From an uncultured Christensenella sp. (GTDB lineage Bacteria; Bacillota; Clostridia; Christensenellales; UBA1750), in contig CAJJNQ010000004.1 of assembly GCA_905193155.1 (NCBI GenBank), positions 3,628 through 67,627 of the forward strand: 64,000 nucleotides of DNA, in the 5' to 3' direction. Of the stretch, positions 63,748 through 64,000 are shown piece after piece. Made by a program: the position numbers and the translations under genes. Below the pieces are notes generated by a model. It ran no database searches, had not been told where the DNA came from, and was given only the letters and a program-made list of their open reading frames with translations. Each line of letters starts with the position of its first letter. Positions within the stretch are counted from its first letter, which is position 1.

Positions 63748-63850
63748 AACCGAACATCCGGTAAACTTTAGGCGAGTTGGCAGGAAAAAAGGGAGATTGC
63801 GGCAAATATATACCAATTGACAAAATGTGACGAAGAGCGGAGGGAACACG

Positions 63851-64000
63851 ATGTTGGATCTGCACATCCATACTACCGCGTCGGACGGGTCGCTGACTCC
63901 GACGCAGGTGGTGCAGCTGGCAAGAAAAAAGGGATTCTCGCTGATTGCTGTGACCGACCATGACACCATGGGCGGTGTTGCCGAAGCGCTGGAAGCGGGA
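63851..64000 (+). CDS. PHP-domain phosphoesterase (5' partial, runs off the window)
   Basis: My manual translation MLDLHIHTTASDGSLTPTQVVQLARKKGFSLIAVTDHDT shows the PHP motif I (HxH) and DH motif. RBS gagcggaggg upstream. Confidence 0.7.
   Translation, partial: MLDLHIHTTASDGSLTPTQVVQLARKKGFSLIAVTDHDTMGGVAEALEAG

Overview
GC-rich chromosomal segment from an endospore-forming Firmicute. The gene content and codon bias look like Clostridia, Oscillospiraceae-like, but that taxon call is inference only. No rRNA genes, CRISPR arrays, transposases or prophage genes were seen.

Layout:
- 0.1-17.5 kb, mostly minus strand: an XRE regulator; a GNAT / radical-SAM / metY / GNAT block; spoIIE; melA; a cyclophilin; and a methionine cluster. 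The methionine cluster is metN-metI-(Ldh-family dehydrogenase)-metQ, followed by a GlcD-like FAD dehydrogenase broken by one in-frame TAA and a YbdL-like aminotransferase. A MtaR/CpsY-like LysR regulator and a MET-box-like palindrome sit next to it. An M20 peptidase follows.
- 17.8-18.0 kb: two tRNA-Ser genes with their own promoter and terminator.
- 18.6-23.4 kb: sufCBDSU.
- 23.5-29.9 kb, minus strand: an uncharacterised operon (DUF2442-like protein, two paralogous acidic lipoproteins, and a 59-aa membrane ORF missing from the ORF track) downstream of a MalT-like STAND/LuxR regulator, then an RsmC/RsmD-like methyltransferase.
- 29.9-30.5 kb: a low-GC non-coding island with divergent promoters and an orphan promoter-terminator unit.
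- 30.5-46.5 kb: a zinc-ribbon protein, a metallophosphoesterase, and the dcw cluster mraZ-rsmH-ftsL-like-PBP-murE-mraY-murD-ftsW-murA-ftsQ-ftsA-ftsZ.
- 46.6-64 kb: a BlaI/M56 sensor pair inserted between ftsZ and spoIIGA-sigE-sigG-ylmC; nrdR; a PhoP/PhoR-like two-component system; a pstS-less pstCAB-phoU module whose PstB has degenerate Q-loop and signature motifs; marR; tilS-hpt-ftsH; and a partial PHP-domain gene.

The most interesting candidates are the methionine-analogue salvage hypothesis, the degenerate Pst module, the STAND/lipoprotein operon, the M56 sensor in the division/sporulation core, and the orphan RNA unit.

Many long antisense or alternate-frame ORFs in the track are GC-driven artefacts. 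All CDS coordinates include the stop codon.
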